Positions 38,845 through 48,635 are shown, numbered from the stretch's first letter. The stretch: DNA of 64,000 nucleotides from Bdellovibrio sp. (GCA_036677065.1 JAKFBS010000001.1:352001-416000); one strand, 5' to 3'. The notes: generated from the letters alone by a model not told the origin. Numbers and translations: made by a program.

Positions 38845-39497
38845 AAACTGCAGTAATTATTGGTTCAACAGGTCTTGTCGGTACAGAGCTTATTCATGCT
38901 TTAAGCCAAAGCCACCACTATGATAAAATATTTGTGATCACTCGTCGTCGTGTTGAATTCATTGATGCAAAAGTTGAACCTGTGGTTTTAGCTTTCGAGC
39001 AATTAGAAGAACTGAAATTTCCTGATGGTGCAGATTATTTTTGTGCGTTAGGAACAACGATCAAACAAGCGGGATCACAAGCTGAATTTCGTAAAGTAGA
39101 TTACGACTATGTACTAAATTTTGCCAAAGTTGCTAAAAAATGCGCGGCAAATTCCTTTCATATGGTTTCAGCGTTGGGAGCCAGCACGACTTCGACAAAT
39201 TTTTATTCACGTACTAAAGGTGAAATCGAAAAAGCAGTTTCAGCTTTAGAATTAAAAAAACTTCGCATTTATCAACCAAGCTTATTAATCGGTAAACGCG
39301 ATAAACTAGGCCAGCCGACCAGATTAGGCGAGGAGATCGTCACTGCTCTGTATCACAAAGGTAAATTTTTATTTTCAGGAATATTGCGAAAATACGAACC
39401 AATCACTGCAGAAAAAGTGGCTATGGCTATGACAAATAATGCCATAGCCAATTCTGATATAGTTAAGATGGTTATTTCAAATCAAGAAATGCACTAG
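38841..39497 (+). CDS. NAD(P)-binding oxidoreductase, YraR/TIP30-like
   Basis: IGSTGLVG, CALGTTIKQAGS..F..VD, Y.RTKGE.E, PSLLIG.R. Confidence 0.9.
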   Translation: MKTAVIIGSTGLVGTELIHALSQSHHYDKIFVITRRRVEFIDAKVEPVVLAFEQLEELKFPDGADYFCALGTTIKQAGSQAEFRKVDYDYVLNFAKVAKKCAANSFHMVSALGASTTSTNFYSRTKGEIEKAVSALELKKLRIYQPSLLIGKRDKLGQPTRLGEEIVTALYHKGKFLFSGILRKYEPITAEKVAMAMTNNAIANSDIVKMVISNQEMH

Positions 39498-39579
39498 TGC
39501 TGTTGGTCGAGGTTCTCAAATGCCACATCATGGCATCGAGATTACTGTGCTAATGTTTTAGCTCTCAGAAAGAGGGTTT

Positions 39580-40113
39580 ATGGCTAAAAAAATACTTTTA
39601 AGTCTAGTGGTTGTGATTATTTTATTCTTAGCTTTTGTTTCAACTCGTTCTGGTAAATTTAATTACGAAAGAAGTATTGTGATCAATGCTCCTGCTGAAA
39701 AAATCTACCCGTATTTAAGTAATTTTAAATTAGGCTCGCAGTGGAATCCTTTTGATCAAAAAGATCCAAATTTAAAACGCACTTTTTTAGGTAACGACGG
39801 CGAAGTCGGTTCAGCTATGGAATTTGAAGGCAATAATGATGCCGGCAGCGGAAAATTAGAAATGCTAAGTTTGATTCCAAACACTGAAGCGCAAATTAAG
39901 TTAACGATGACTAAACCTTGGAAAGCTGAAAATTTAATTATTTATAAATTAACACCCGAAGCCGAAGGTACCCGTTTTTCATGGGCGATGGGTGGCGATG
40001 GTGGTTTTATGGGTAAATTAATGATGACGATAATTGATTGCGAAAAAATGATTACCGATGAGTTCGAAAAAGGCTTTCAAAATTTAAAATTTATAGTTGA
40101 AAATAAAAAATAG
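39580..40113 (+). CDS. SRPBCC family protein with N-terminal TM
   Basis: ERSIVINAP.EKI, WNPF...DP, FEKG..NLK. Confidence 0.88.
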   Translation: MAKKILLSLVVVIILFLAFVSTRSGKFNYERSIVINAPAEKIYPYLSNFKLGSQWNPFDQKDPNLKRTFLGNDGEVGSAMEFEGNNDAGSGKLEMLSLIPNTEAQIKLTMTKPWKAENLIIYKLTPEAEGTRFSWAMGGDGGFMGKLMMTIIDCEKMITDEFEKGFQNLKFIVENKK

Positions 40114-40122
40114 GATTTATAT

Positions 40123-41073
40123 ATGAAATTAACAACCAACCAAGATTTAAAACAGTTTCCTGAGTCACATTATGTCTTTATTGAAAAAATTGGGCCCTTC
40201 CAAGAGACCGCAATGGCCGCATGGCAAGAATTGCATAAAAATTTAGAAACCATCGGATCTGATAATAAAATCACTGGTTATCTCAGCCAATATAAAGTTC
40301 AGCCGCAAATGATTTATCGCGCCGGTGTGGCGGTAGACCAAAAGCCTGCGCTATTGCCAGAAGGATTTAAATACGAAAGATTCGAAGGCGGCGTTTACCA
40401 GCGTTTTACTTTAATTGGCGGGTATCAAAATTTGCCAGAGGCTTGTGGTGTAGTATTTGCGCTAGTCGAAAAAGAAAAATTACCGATGCGTCCCGATTGG
40501 TTTGTTGAAAATTATATAAATAGCCCGAAAGAAACCGCCGAAGAAAATTTAATCACAGAAATTTTAATTCCAACAACTTCAGATATTAAACCATTTACAA
40601 TAAGCCGCGAGTTTAATGCGCCAAAAGATTTAATGTGGAAGTGCTGGACTGAAATATCACATTTAGAAAAATGGTCTGGCCCAAAAGGTTCAAAACTAAA
40701 ACAATCTACCCACGATTTTAAAACCGGCGCAACCAACCATTACTGCATGACTTCTCCCGACGGAGTTGAAACCTGGGGTATACAAGTGTTTCGCGACATC
40801 GTAAAACCTGATCGTTATGTCTATATAAATAGCTTTGCAGATGCCAAAGGCAATAGTGCTCGTCACCCGATGAGTGCCACTTGGCCATTAGAAATGCTGA
40901 CAACAATCACGTTAACGAGTTTAGGAACAAAGACTCAAGTTACGATTGAGTGGATGCCCATGAACGCAAATGCTGAAGAAATTAAAACTTTCAACGACGC
41001 TCATGAAGGTATGAAAATGGGTTGGGGTGGTTCTTTAGATACTCTTGAAGAGTACCTAAAGACGTTAACTTAA
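40123..41073 (+). CDS. GyrI-like effector-binding domain fused to SRPBCC domain
   Basis: N-half GPF..A..AW, GG.Y..F...G.Y, E.Y.N.P...TEILIP; C-half SRPBCC ending GWGGSLD.L. Confidence 0.82.
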   Translation: MKLTTNQDLKQFPESHYVFIEKIGPFQETAMAAWQELHKNLETIGSDNKITGYLSQYKVQPQMIYRAGVAVDQKPALLPEGFKYERFEGGVYQRFTLIGGYQNLPEACGVVFALVEKEKLPMRPDWFVENYINSPKETAEENLITEILIPTTSDIKPFTISREFNAPKDLMWKCWTEISHLEKWSGPKGSKLKQSTHDFKTGATNHYCMTSPDGVETWGIQVFRDIVKPDRYVYINSFADAKGNSARHPMSATWPLEMLTTITLTSLGTKTQVTIEWMPMNANAEEIKTFNDAHEGMKMGWGGSLDTLEEYLKTLT

Positions 41074-42348
41074 ATCGAGATTCCATCCAGATTCAAACGC
41101 GCCATGAACAGTGGCGCGCGAAGAATCCACTGCTGTGCCTTCGCCGATAATGTAAATTGTATCGTCAAACGACTTTTTAAGTCGCTTAGCTTTTTTTAAA
41201 CCATCTAAAGCTATGTATGAATAAGCTCCGCGCGAAAAAGGGTCGGTCGACCAATTGTGTGAAAACCAGGATTCAATTTGTGAATTAATAAAATTAAAAG
41301 ATTTTTGCGTGATGCGAGATAGCGTTTGAATTGCTGTGTGAACTTTTTCTTCATTGCTCCAATTCGACATTTGTAAAGCTTTTGGTCCACCTTGCCAAGC
41401 CATCAGGTATGGCGTGCGTAGCGGCTGGTGATTCCACCAGGTCGGAAAATAAAATTCAGGGCCAGCGTGAAAATAACTTTGTTTTGATTCGCTAAGATCC
41501 TCCCAAAACCGGTCGTGAAAGCGAAAAACAATTTTTTGCACGTGCCCCATATTAATGCTAAACAGGCTTTCTCTAAGATCTTTGGGCCACTTGTTCCATT
41601 CAATAGCATTAGATTGTAAAACAGCTATTGGCAGGCTCAGGATTAATTTTTTGCAGGAATAGTTTTTTGTAACTTGGGCAGGGCCTTCTAGGCAGGTCAG
41701 AGTGACTTCGTTTTTTTTCCAGTTAATTTTTTTGACCACAGTGCTGAGGTGAAGGCGGTTGTGTTCAATATGCCAATCAGCCATCTTCGCAAAAATCTGA
41801 TCATAGCGGTAAAGCGGGCGAAATAATTCTGAACCATTTAAAGAATCGTCTTTAGAACTTTTTGTCGAAGCCAGGCCTTTCTCTTCGATAAGGTGCAGAT
41901 TGGCTGCATGAAATCCCTCTACATAAGTCATAAAATTTTTTTTCATTTCAGGAGGAAGATGCTGGCGTTGAATAAAATCGGCAACGCTTCGATCTGTTTT
42001 AGCGTTTGGAGAAAGTTTATCCAAAATTTTTTTCATTTTTTCCCAGTAGTCAGGAATTTTAATCAGTTTATTATTTTTCAGAAAATAATGTTCATCGTTT
42101 ACATCATAAAAAGGTAAATGCAGACGCCGAAAAAGTTCAAGCATCCGTTTGGGTGCTCCATGAATATATTCTGCTCCTAATTCAATTCCAGTAGACATGC
42201 CGGGCTCGACATGACTGTAAATACGTCCGCCTAAGCGTGGACGCGCTTCAAGTATTTTAAAATTTACACCACTTAAGCTAAGCTGCTGCGCGCAAGCTAT
42301 ACCCGAAGCTCCAGCGCCAACTATTATTACATCTGCAGAATGCTCCAT
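41065..42348 (-). CDS. Flavin monoamine oxidase family protein
   Basis: VGAGASG, EAR.RLGGR, ELGAEYIHG, W..DPF.RGAYS, GE, TVHGA..SG. Confidence 0.92.
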   Translation of the reverse strand: MEHSADVIIVGAGASGIACAQQLSLSGVNFKILEARPRLGGRIYSHVEPGMSTGIELGAEYIHGAPKRMLELFRRLHLPFYDVNDEHYFLKNNKLIKIPDYWEKMKKILDKLSPNAKTDRSVADFIQRQHLPPEMKKNFMTYVEGFHAANLHLIEEKGLASTKSSKDDSLNGSELFRPLYRYDQIFAKMADWHIEHNRLHLSTVVKKINWKKNEVTLTCLEGPAQVTKNYSCKKLILSLPIAVLQSNAIEWNKWPKDLRESLFSINMGHVQKIVFRFHDRFWEDLSESKQSYFHAGPEFYFPTWWNHQPLRTPYLMAWQGGPKALQMSNWSNEEKVHTAIQTLSRITQKSFNFINSQIESWFSHNWSTDPFSRGAYSYIALDGLKKAKRLKKSFDDTIYIIGEGTAVDSSRATVHGAFESGWNLDLS

Positions 42349-42375
42349 GCAGGTGATGGAGCAAGAAGTTCGCCT

Positions 42376-43581
42376 CTATATTTGTGGGGCAGTTTGACTG
42401 AATGCACGTTTATTCGAAACTATGAGTAACCCAATTAAAGATGAAATACACATCACCGCAGCGGTGGGAAGACTGCCACTGACATTTAACATGCCCACGC
42501 CGGCACTTGCTACAGAACCAATTCCTAATTGTAAAAATCCTAACAGCGCAGAAGCAGCTCCCGCATTTTTTTCAAACGGTGCAAGAGCTAAGGCCACGGC
42601 GTTTGGATAAGTAAGACCTGCACAAGTTAAAAGTAAAAATAAAATAATTACGGTGGGAATAAGTGTAAACCAGTTATTCAGAACGCCCGCAAAAAAGATC
42701 ACACCCATAATCACTTGAAAAAACAAAGCCGTTTTAAAGATCTGCGGGCTAGTGAATTTTTTAGTCAGCAATAAGTTAATTTGACCGCCGCCGATCATAC
42801 CGACAGCAAGAATAGCAAAAATTATTCCGTACGCTTGCGCACTGACCTTAAAACCTTCCATAAACATAGCCGGAGATCCGGCAATGTAAACGAACAGGCC
42901 TGCAAATGAAAAAGATCCCGCAAAGGTGTACTTTGAAAATTGGGGAACCTTTAAAATTTCTTTAAATCCGCGCATGATGGATTTAAAATTTAATGAGCGG
43001 GTCTCATAATCAGGAACAAATTTTTCTGGTAAGACAAAGTAGGCTAACGCCAGATTCATAATGCCAAGACCAACAAGAGTAGCAAAAATAATTCTCCAAC
43101 CCCAAGCAGTTACAACAAAGCCACCCACTGTCGGAGCCAGCAGCGGAGAAACGCTTAACACCAGCATTAATAGTGAAAATACTTTGGCGCTGTCTTCCAC
43201 AGGAAAAAAGTCACGCACCATCGACATCGCGCCGACAGAGGCCACACATCCACCCATAGCTTGAACAAAACGAAGCACTAAAAATACTTCAATCGATTGC
43301 GTGTACATGATTCCGATCGTCGATAAAATATAAATGATTAATCCGGCATAAAGCGGTTTTTTGCGGCCGAAGTAATCTAACATCGGCCCATAAATAATCT
43401 GACCTAAAGCAAAACCAATAAAGTATGTAGAAATTGAAAATGAAACTTTGGCCGTCGTCGTTTGTAGATCAGTGGCAATTTGGGTAAATGCCGGTAAATA
43501 CATATCAATAGAAAATGGAGTTAAAGCTTCAAGAGATCCTAAAATCAAGATTAACAGGGCGTTTTGTTTTTTCGTGCGCAT
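42376..43581 (-). CDS. Bcr/CflA family MFS multidrug exporter
   Basis: SIDMYLPAF, D.FGRK, P.LAP..GG, AGAASAL.G. Confidence 0.93.
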   Translation of the reverse strand: MRTKKQNALLILILGSLEALTPFSIDMYLPAFTQIATDLQTTTAKVSFSISTYFIGFALGQIIYGPMLDYFGRKKPLYAGLIIYILSTIGIMYTQSIEVFLVLRFVQAMGGCVASVGAMSMVRDFFPVEDSAKVFSLLMLVLSVSPLLAPTVGGFVVTAWGWRIIFATLVGLGIMNLALAYFVLPEKFVPDYETRSLNFKSIMRGFKEILKVPQFSKYTFAGSFSFAGLFVYIAGSPAMFMEGFKVSAQAYGIIFAILAVGMIGGGQINLLLTKKFTSPQIFKTALFFQVIMGVIFFAGVLNNWFTLIPTVIILFLLLTCAGLTYPNAVALALAPFEKNAGAASALLGFLQLGIGSVASAGVGMLNVSGSLPTAAVMCISSLIGLLIVSNKRAFSQTAPQI

Positions 43582-43609
43582 CCACGCAGACTAATGTAAT
43601 TTAGATCGT

Positions 43610-44242
43610 ATGTCGACAAACTGGGAAGAATTATTTGAAAACAAAATTTCGATTGTAGCTACGAGTGATGACCCCGCTCATGATTTAAATCATTTTAAAC
43701 GGGTTGTGACCATGGCTAAAAAATTATGCTTACTAGAAAATGCCAATCCTGAGGTAGTTATTCCGGCAGCCTGGCTACATGACTTAGTCATTGTACCCAA
43801 AAATTCACCCCTGCGCAGTCAGGCTTCAAAACTGTCGGCGCAGAAAGCCCTCGAATTTTTGCGTGAAATAAATTATCCCGAACAATATCAGCAAGAAATT
43901 GCTCACGCGATTGAAGGCCATAGTTTTAGCGCAAATATTGAAGTTAAAACTATCGAAGCTAAAATTGTTCAAGATGCAGATCGTTTAGACGGATTAGGAG
44001 CGATTGGCATAGCCCGCTGTTTTGCGACCGCAGGTTTAATGAAAAGATCTTTTTACCAAGCTGAAGACCCTTTTTGTGAAAATCGAAATCCAGATGATCA
44101 AAATTATACGATCGATCATTTTTATCAAAAACTATTTAAAACCGCAGAAACTTTAAAAACTCAATCCGGAAAAATCGAAGCAGCAGCGCGTATTCAGTTT
44201 ATGCAGCAGTATTTAGACATTTTAAGATCAGAAATTCTTTAG
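43610..44242 (+). CDS. HD domain phosphohydrolase (YedJ-like)
   Basis: AHDL.HF.RV, WLHD, QDADRLD.LGAIG, HFY.KL. Confidence 0.92.
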   Translation: MSTNWEELFENKISIVATSDDPAHDLNHFKRVVTMAKKLCLLENANPEVVIPAAWLHDLVIVPKNSPLRSQASKLSAQKALEFLREINYPEQYQQEIAHAIEGHSFSANIEVKTIEAKIVQDADRLDGLGAIGIARCFATAGLMKRSFYQAEDPFCENRNPDDQNYTIDHFYQKLFKTAETLKTQSGKIEAAARIQFMQQYLDILRSEIL

Positions 44243-44290
44243 CCAGCTTTTTGCATTTCCTTTCAGAATCAAATTTATGAAAGGATATTT

Positions 44291-45055
44291 ATGCAAATCG
44301 GGGTAAATTGGAAAAATCTATTGGGCATTCTGGTGTTTGTTGCATCTCAACACACTATGGCAGATCGCAAAGTGATTACGGACCGAAAGCCGGTAGGAAA
44401 ACATGGCTGGATATACTCATGGAACATCTATTCAGACCAGGGTGTACCAAAAGCTATAGGGGTTTCAATTAATGGTAAGGCATTGAAAGAATTGTCACAT
44501 GACGATGAAATGCAAATCTTTGTTTTGCAGCCGAAGCCTCCCTATATGATTGAACCTTACAAACATATCACGGTCGATTGGAATCCACACGGTCATGAGC
44601 CAATGCCAATCTATACTCTACCGCATTTTGATTTTCATTTCTTCTTTTTATCTTCGGCAGAAAGAGAAGCGATCACGTGTCAAGGAGCAGATGCTTTAGT
44701 TTGTACCAAAGCGATAGGTTCATCGTTGATTCCAGCAGACTATGCACCAACGCCTGAAGGCGTTCCAAAGATGGGTTGGCACTGGGTAGATACAAAATCA
44801 CCGGAATTTAACGGGCAGAAGTTTACAGCTACATTTATTTACGGTTTTTATAATGCCCAAACGGCTTTTCTAGAGCCGATGGTCACTTTAGAGTATTTAA
44901 AATCTAAGCCGCAAGCGGAATTTCCAGTGAAACTAGCATCGAATATTTCACATTCAGGTATGTATCCGAAAAAATATACTGTGAATTATAATTATGTCGA
45001 AGACACTTATAACGTGGCGTTAGCTGATTTGATAAGTCGCACATCAAGTAGATAG
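44291..45055 (+). CDS. Exported His-rich DUF5602/TTHB210-like protein
   Basis: DWNPHGHEP..IY..PHFDFHF, VP.MG.HW.D, F.EPMVT. Confidence 0.75.
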   Translation: MQIGVNWKNLLGILVFVASQHTMADRKVITDRKPVGKHGWIYSWNIYSDQGVPKAIGVSINGKALKELSHDDEMQIFVLQPKPPYMIEPYKHITVDWNPHGHEPMPIYTLPHFDFHFFFLSSAEREAITCQGADALVCTKAIGSSLIPADYAPTPEGVPKMGWHWVDTKSPEFNGQKFTATFIYGFYNAQTAFLEPMVTLEYLKSKPQAEFPVKLASNISHSGMYPKKYTVNYNYVEDTYNVALADLISRTSSR

Positions 45056-45147
45056 CTATACAGATACTTCTGTACAAAAAATTAAACTAAGATCACGATT
45101 AAGCTTATGAAATACTTTTTATTTATAAGTTTAATCGTGGTGCTGTA

Positions 45148-45534
45148 ATGTCAGTTGAGTCTACTCACCTTAAAAACAAATTAGCCTTTGAAGTTAAAAC
45201 GCGTGAATTTATGGTCAATTCAGATGTGACGGCGCAATTAGGCGGAGATAATTCAGCACCTGATCCACATCAATATATGGAAGTGGCTTTAGCTAGTTGC
45301 ACAGCCATCACCGTGATGATGTACGCCAAAAGAAAAGCGATTCCCTTAGAGGATATCAATGTAACTATTCACATTACCGCTGAAGGTGAAGCCAATGCGA
45401 TCTCACGTGGTATTAAGTTAATCGGCAATTTAACTTCTGAACAAAAAGAAAGTCTTCTGGCAATCGCTGAAAAGTGCCCGATCCATAAGTTTCTTTCTCG
45501 CGGCGCAAAGATCGCTTCAACTTTGAAAGATTAA
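45148..45534 (+). CDS. OsmC/YhfA family protein
   Basis: GG....P.P, LASCTAIT..MYA, A.KCPIHK.L. Confidence 0.92.
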   Translation: MSVESTHLKNKLAFEVKTREFMVNSDVTAQLGGDNSAPDPHQYMEVALASCTAITVMMYAKRKAIPLEDINVTIHITAEGEANAISRGIKLIGNLTSEQKESLLAIAEKCPIHKFLSRGAKIASTLKD

Positions 45535-45537
45535 CAT

Positions 45538-46425
45538 ATGCTTGAACATGATATTTTAATCAGTGGTAAGAAAAAAGATTTAGGCGGCTTTATGGTTAGC
45601 CGCACTTTGCCAAATATTAAACGCCGTCATGTCGGGCCCTTTGTTTTTTTAGATCATATGGGGCCATTGCAAGTTGATCATGAACATTTAATGAGTGTTC
45701 GCCCGCACCCGCATATTGGTTTATCGACTGTGACTTATTTATTTTCTGGTCGGGGATATCACCGCGATAGTTTGGGTTCAAAACAAATCATTTCGCCCGG
45801 TGATTTAAATTGGATGACCGCTGGGCGTGGTATCGTGCATTCAGAGCGCACGCCTGTTGAAGATTTATCAGCACACCCGAAACCAACACTGCATGGAATT
45901 CAAATTTGGGTAGCTCTGCCAACAGATCAAGAAGAGTGTGAACCAAATTTTACTCATTACGAAAAAGAAACTTTACCGAAATTTGCTTTAGCAGAAAATT
46001 TAACTGGTAAACTACTTATTGGAAGTCATGCTGGGACGAATTCGCCAGTGAAAACGTATTCACCGACATTTTTTGCAGATATCACTGTGGATAATTCTGT
46101 GAATAATGTGGTTTCAATTGCAGAAGAAGAAATGGGTGTATTTTTATTAGAAGGTGAAGCCACAATAAACGATCAGGAATTAACTAAAGATGATTTATTG
46201 TTAGTGGCCAAACCTGAACAAATTAAAATTAAAGCAAGTCAAGGCACGCGCTTGATTTTTATCGGCGGAACAACGTTTCCTGAACCCAGATATATTTGGT
46301 GGAACTTTGTTTCATCACGTCGTGAAAGAATCCGCGAAGCAGCAGGGCAGTGGGAAAAACAACTCTTCGGCACGGTGGCCGAAGAGAATGATTTTATTCC
46401 GCTACCAAGTGATCCATTACCTTAA
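45538..46425 (+). CDS. Pirin family protein
   Basis: GPFVFLDH, PHPHIGL, WMTAGRGIVHSE, WWNFVSS. Confidence 0.95.
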   Translation: MLEHDILISGKKKDLGGFMVSRTLPNIKRRHVGPFVFLDHMGPLQVDHEHLMSVRPHPHIGLSTVTYLFSGRGYHRDSLGSKQIISPGDLNWMTAGRGIVHSERTPVEDLSAHPKPTLHGIQIWVALPTDQEECEPNFTHYEKETLPKFALAENLTGKLLIGSHAGTNSPVKTYSPTFFADITVDNSVNNVVSIAEEEMGVFLLEGEATINDQELTKDDLLLVAKPEQIKIKASQGTRLIFIGGTTFPEPRYIWWNFVSSRRERIREAAGQWEKQLFGTVAEENDFIPLPSDPLP

Positions 46426-47288
46426 AGACGGCCCATTTTACCGCTTTCATAATCTTCAAACGCTTGGCGAATCTCGGCTTGGCTATTCATAACAAACGGA
46501 CCATAGCCAACGATAGGTTCATTTAAAGGTTCACCGCCTAAGAATAACAATTTGGTATCTTCTAGGGCTTCGATCTTAAATGTCTGACCCGCATTTTCCA
46601 TTAAAGCAATTTCTGCTCCGCCGATGGTTTTTTCATCATTCAATTTAATGCTTCCGCTTAAAACAAAAACTGAAGCCGTGTGACCTTCGGGCACAGTAAA
46701 AATATTTTCGCTGCCTTTAGCTAAGCGAATATCCCATAGATTTATATCTGAATGAGTTTTCGCAGGGCCAGTCGCTGCTAAATAATGACCTGCAATTACG
46801 CGAAGTTTACCACCTTGAAGTAACACTTCAGGAATTTCTTCGTTACGCAGACCCTGATAGCGCGGTTTATTCATTTTATCTTTTTTCGGTAGATTCACCC
46901 AAAGCTGAACCATTTCAAAAAGACCACCTTGTTTAGCAAAGTCGACACCATGTTTTTCTTCATGCACTAATCCTGAAGCTGCCGTCATCCATTGTACATC
47001 ACCTGATTTAATGACGCCGCCACCGCCAGAAGAGTCGCGATGTTCGACTTCGCCTGAATAGACAATCGTTACAGTTTCAAAACCACGATGTGGATGTTCG
47101 CCTACGCCGCGGCGATGTTCTGACGGAGTGAATTCAGCAGGGCCAGCATAATCCATTAATAAAAAAGGTGATAAATGCTGACCTAAATCAGTGTAAGAAA
47201 AAATTGTGCGTACCGGAAAGCCGTCTCCCACCCAGTGTGGAGTATCGCTTCGTTGTGTGTGTAATATTTTTTTCATAATTACTCCCAT
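46422..47288 (-). CDS. Pirin family protein
   Basis: PFLLMDY, HPHRGFETVT, WMTAASGLVHEE, GPFVMN; start 47288 or 47276. Confidence 0.95.
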   Translation of the reverse strand: MGVIMKKILHTQRSDTPHWVGDGFPVRTIFSYTDLGQHLSPFLLMDYAGPAEFTPSEHRRGVGEHPHRGFETVTIVYSGEVEHRDSSGGGGVIKSGDVQWMTAASGLVHEEKHGVDFAKQGGLFEMVQLWVNLPKKDKMNKPRYQGLRNEEIPEVLLQGGKLRVIAGHYLAATGPAKTHSDINLWDIRLAKGSENIFTVPEGHTASVFVLSGSIKLNDEKTIGGAEIALMENAGQTFKIEALEDTKLLFLGGEPLNEPIVGYGPFVMNSQAEIRQAFEDYESGKMGRL

Positions 47289-47348
47289 GTCTTTGAATAG
47301 ATATTACGGCTATTAGTGGCCTTTGACTAGCCGGTACAATCTAAATTC

Positions 47349-47370
47349 ATTGTTCTATGCATTGAACAAT
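47349..47370. promoter_or_regulatory. LysR-type palindromic operator upstream of pirin
   Basis: ATTGTTC-N8-GAACAAT. Confidence 0.55.
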
Positions 47371-47381
47371 CAAATTTGGAT

Positions 47382-47417
47382 AAAAAGAAAGGATAGATTG
47401 TAACCTCTATCCTTTCT
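47382..47417 (-). terminator. Intrinsic terminator of the OmpA-domain gene
   Basis: 12-bp stem AGAAAGGATAGA/TCTATCCTTTCT followed by a U-run on the minus strand. Confidence 0.8.
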
Positions 47418-47452
47418 AACTAAAATATTTTGCCGCCTGTCGTTTGCAAAAA

Positions 47453-48562
47453 TTATCTGCGGATAACTTCGATATCGATACGGCGGTTTTCGCTACGGCC
47501 GCTTTCGCTGCCATTGTCACCCACGGGTTGCACCGAGCCCATACCGGCCGCTTCGATACGATCAGCAGCAATGCCCTGAGTAATCAAAGACTGACGTAAG
47601 GCTTCAGCCCGATCCATAGAAAGTTGTTGGTTCGCACTTTCGACACCAATATTATCAGTGTGACCGACAATACGAATGCGTGCGGTTGTGTATTGATTTA
47701 ATAGCGCAGCTAAAGCCGTGCTTGTAGCCGTTGCTTCAGTACTCAGTGCTGCTGATCCTGTCGAAAAGTTTAATTCTCGTAAAGAAAACGCACGTGGTGC
47801 GACGGCGCCAGGATTAGCTAAAAATTGTGCGAGCTCATTCATCACAGTTTGATCAGATGCTGCATAAGCTGTGGCACCGGCGGCAGCCGGAATGGATTCT
47901 GTATTAACCTGCGGGCTGGTGATGACAGAAGTTGTTTTTCTCCCCTGGCTCCACCAGATGATTCCAAGAACTACGGCTAATAAAATCCAGGGCCATACTT
48001 TTCTTGAAACACTCGGTTGTACTCCTGCTAATGGCACCGTGTTGGTTGCGAACTTTTGTGCCGATGCAGATAAGTCTGGCGTAAAACCACTTCCTTGCCC
48101 GAGCACGTTGGCAAAAGCAGCAGGAGCTAAGGTTCCGCCCTTCATTTTTGATCCGATAAAAGTAAACACAGCCGCAGAAGCTGCACCTAATAATTTTGAC
48201 CCCTGTGAAGTATTCACGCCAGCTGCAGTGGTTACTTTTCCAAGTAACGAATCTGTTTGGCCACCCAGCACTTTTTGTAATAAATCTTGGCCCTTGTTAA
48301 TTTGTGAAGTGATGTTTGAAGCGTCACTCGTTACACTTGCAGGTTGATCAAAGCCACTTTCATGAATGGCGCTGGCTACAGTTTGAATACCATCAGGGCT
48401 GCGAATTTTTTTTTGTAGCTCTGTAAAAACTGCTGGAATTGCTGTTAGCATAGTTGATTTAGTTTTTTCGACAGGAATTCCTAAAGTTTCGCTGATTTTA
48501 TTAAAAAATCCAGTAGGCAAAACGTTGGTAAATGAGTTTAAAGCATCAGCTGTAAGTTCCAT
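47453..48562 (-). CDS. DUF937-like N-terminal domain + TM + OmpA-like peptidoglycan-binding domain
   Basis: F.TGSA.L, GHTDN.G....N..LS..RA, NRR.DI; SD aaggag before ATG 48562. Confidence 0.88.
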   Translation of the reverse strand: MELTADALNSFTNVLPTGFFNKISETLGIPVEKTKSTMLTAIPAVFTELQKKIRSPDGIQTVASAIHESGFDQPASVTSDASNITSQINKGQDLLQKVLGGQTDSLLGKVTTAAGVNTSQGSKLLGAASAAVFTFIGSKMKGGTLAPAAFANVLGQGSGFTPDLSASAQKFATNTVPLAGVQPSVSRKVWPWILLAVVLGIIWWSQGRKTTSVITSPQVNTESIPAAAGATAYAASDQTVMNELAQFLANPGAVAPRAFSLRELNFSTGSAALSTEATATSTALAALLNQYTTARIRIVGHTDNIGVESANQQLSMDRAEALRQSLITQGIAADRIEAAGMGSVQPVGDNGSESGRSENRRIDIEVIRR

Positions 48563-48619
48563 AAAATACTCCTTTTTTTGAGGTAAAATGACTTCCATGT
48601 GCACTCGGTTATATTAATA

Positions 48620-48635
48620 AGCAAAGCTAGTGCCG
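48620..48635 (-). promoter_or_regulatory. Sigma54 -24/-12 promoter
   Basis: CGGCACTAGCTTTGCT upstream of the OmpA-domain gene. Confidence 0.6.

Noticed and set aside
39530..39545. TGGCATCGAGATTACT as a sigma54 promoter
   Set aside because: Good -24 half but the -12 GC is AC; not counted.
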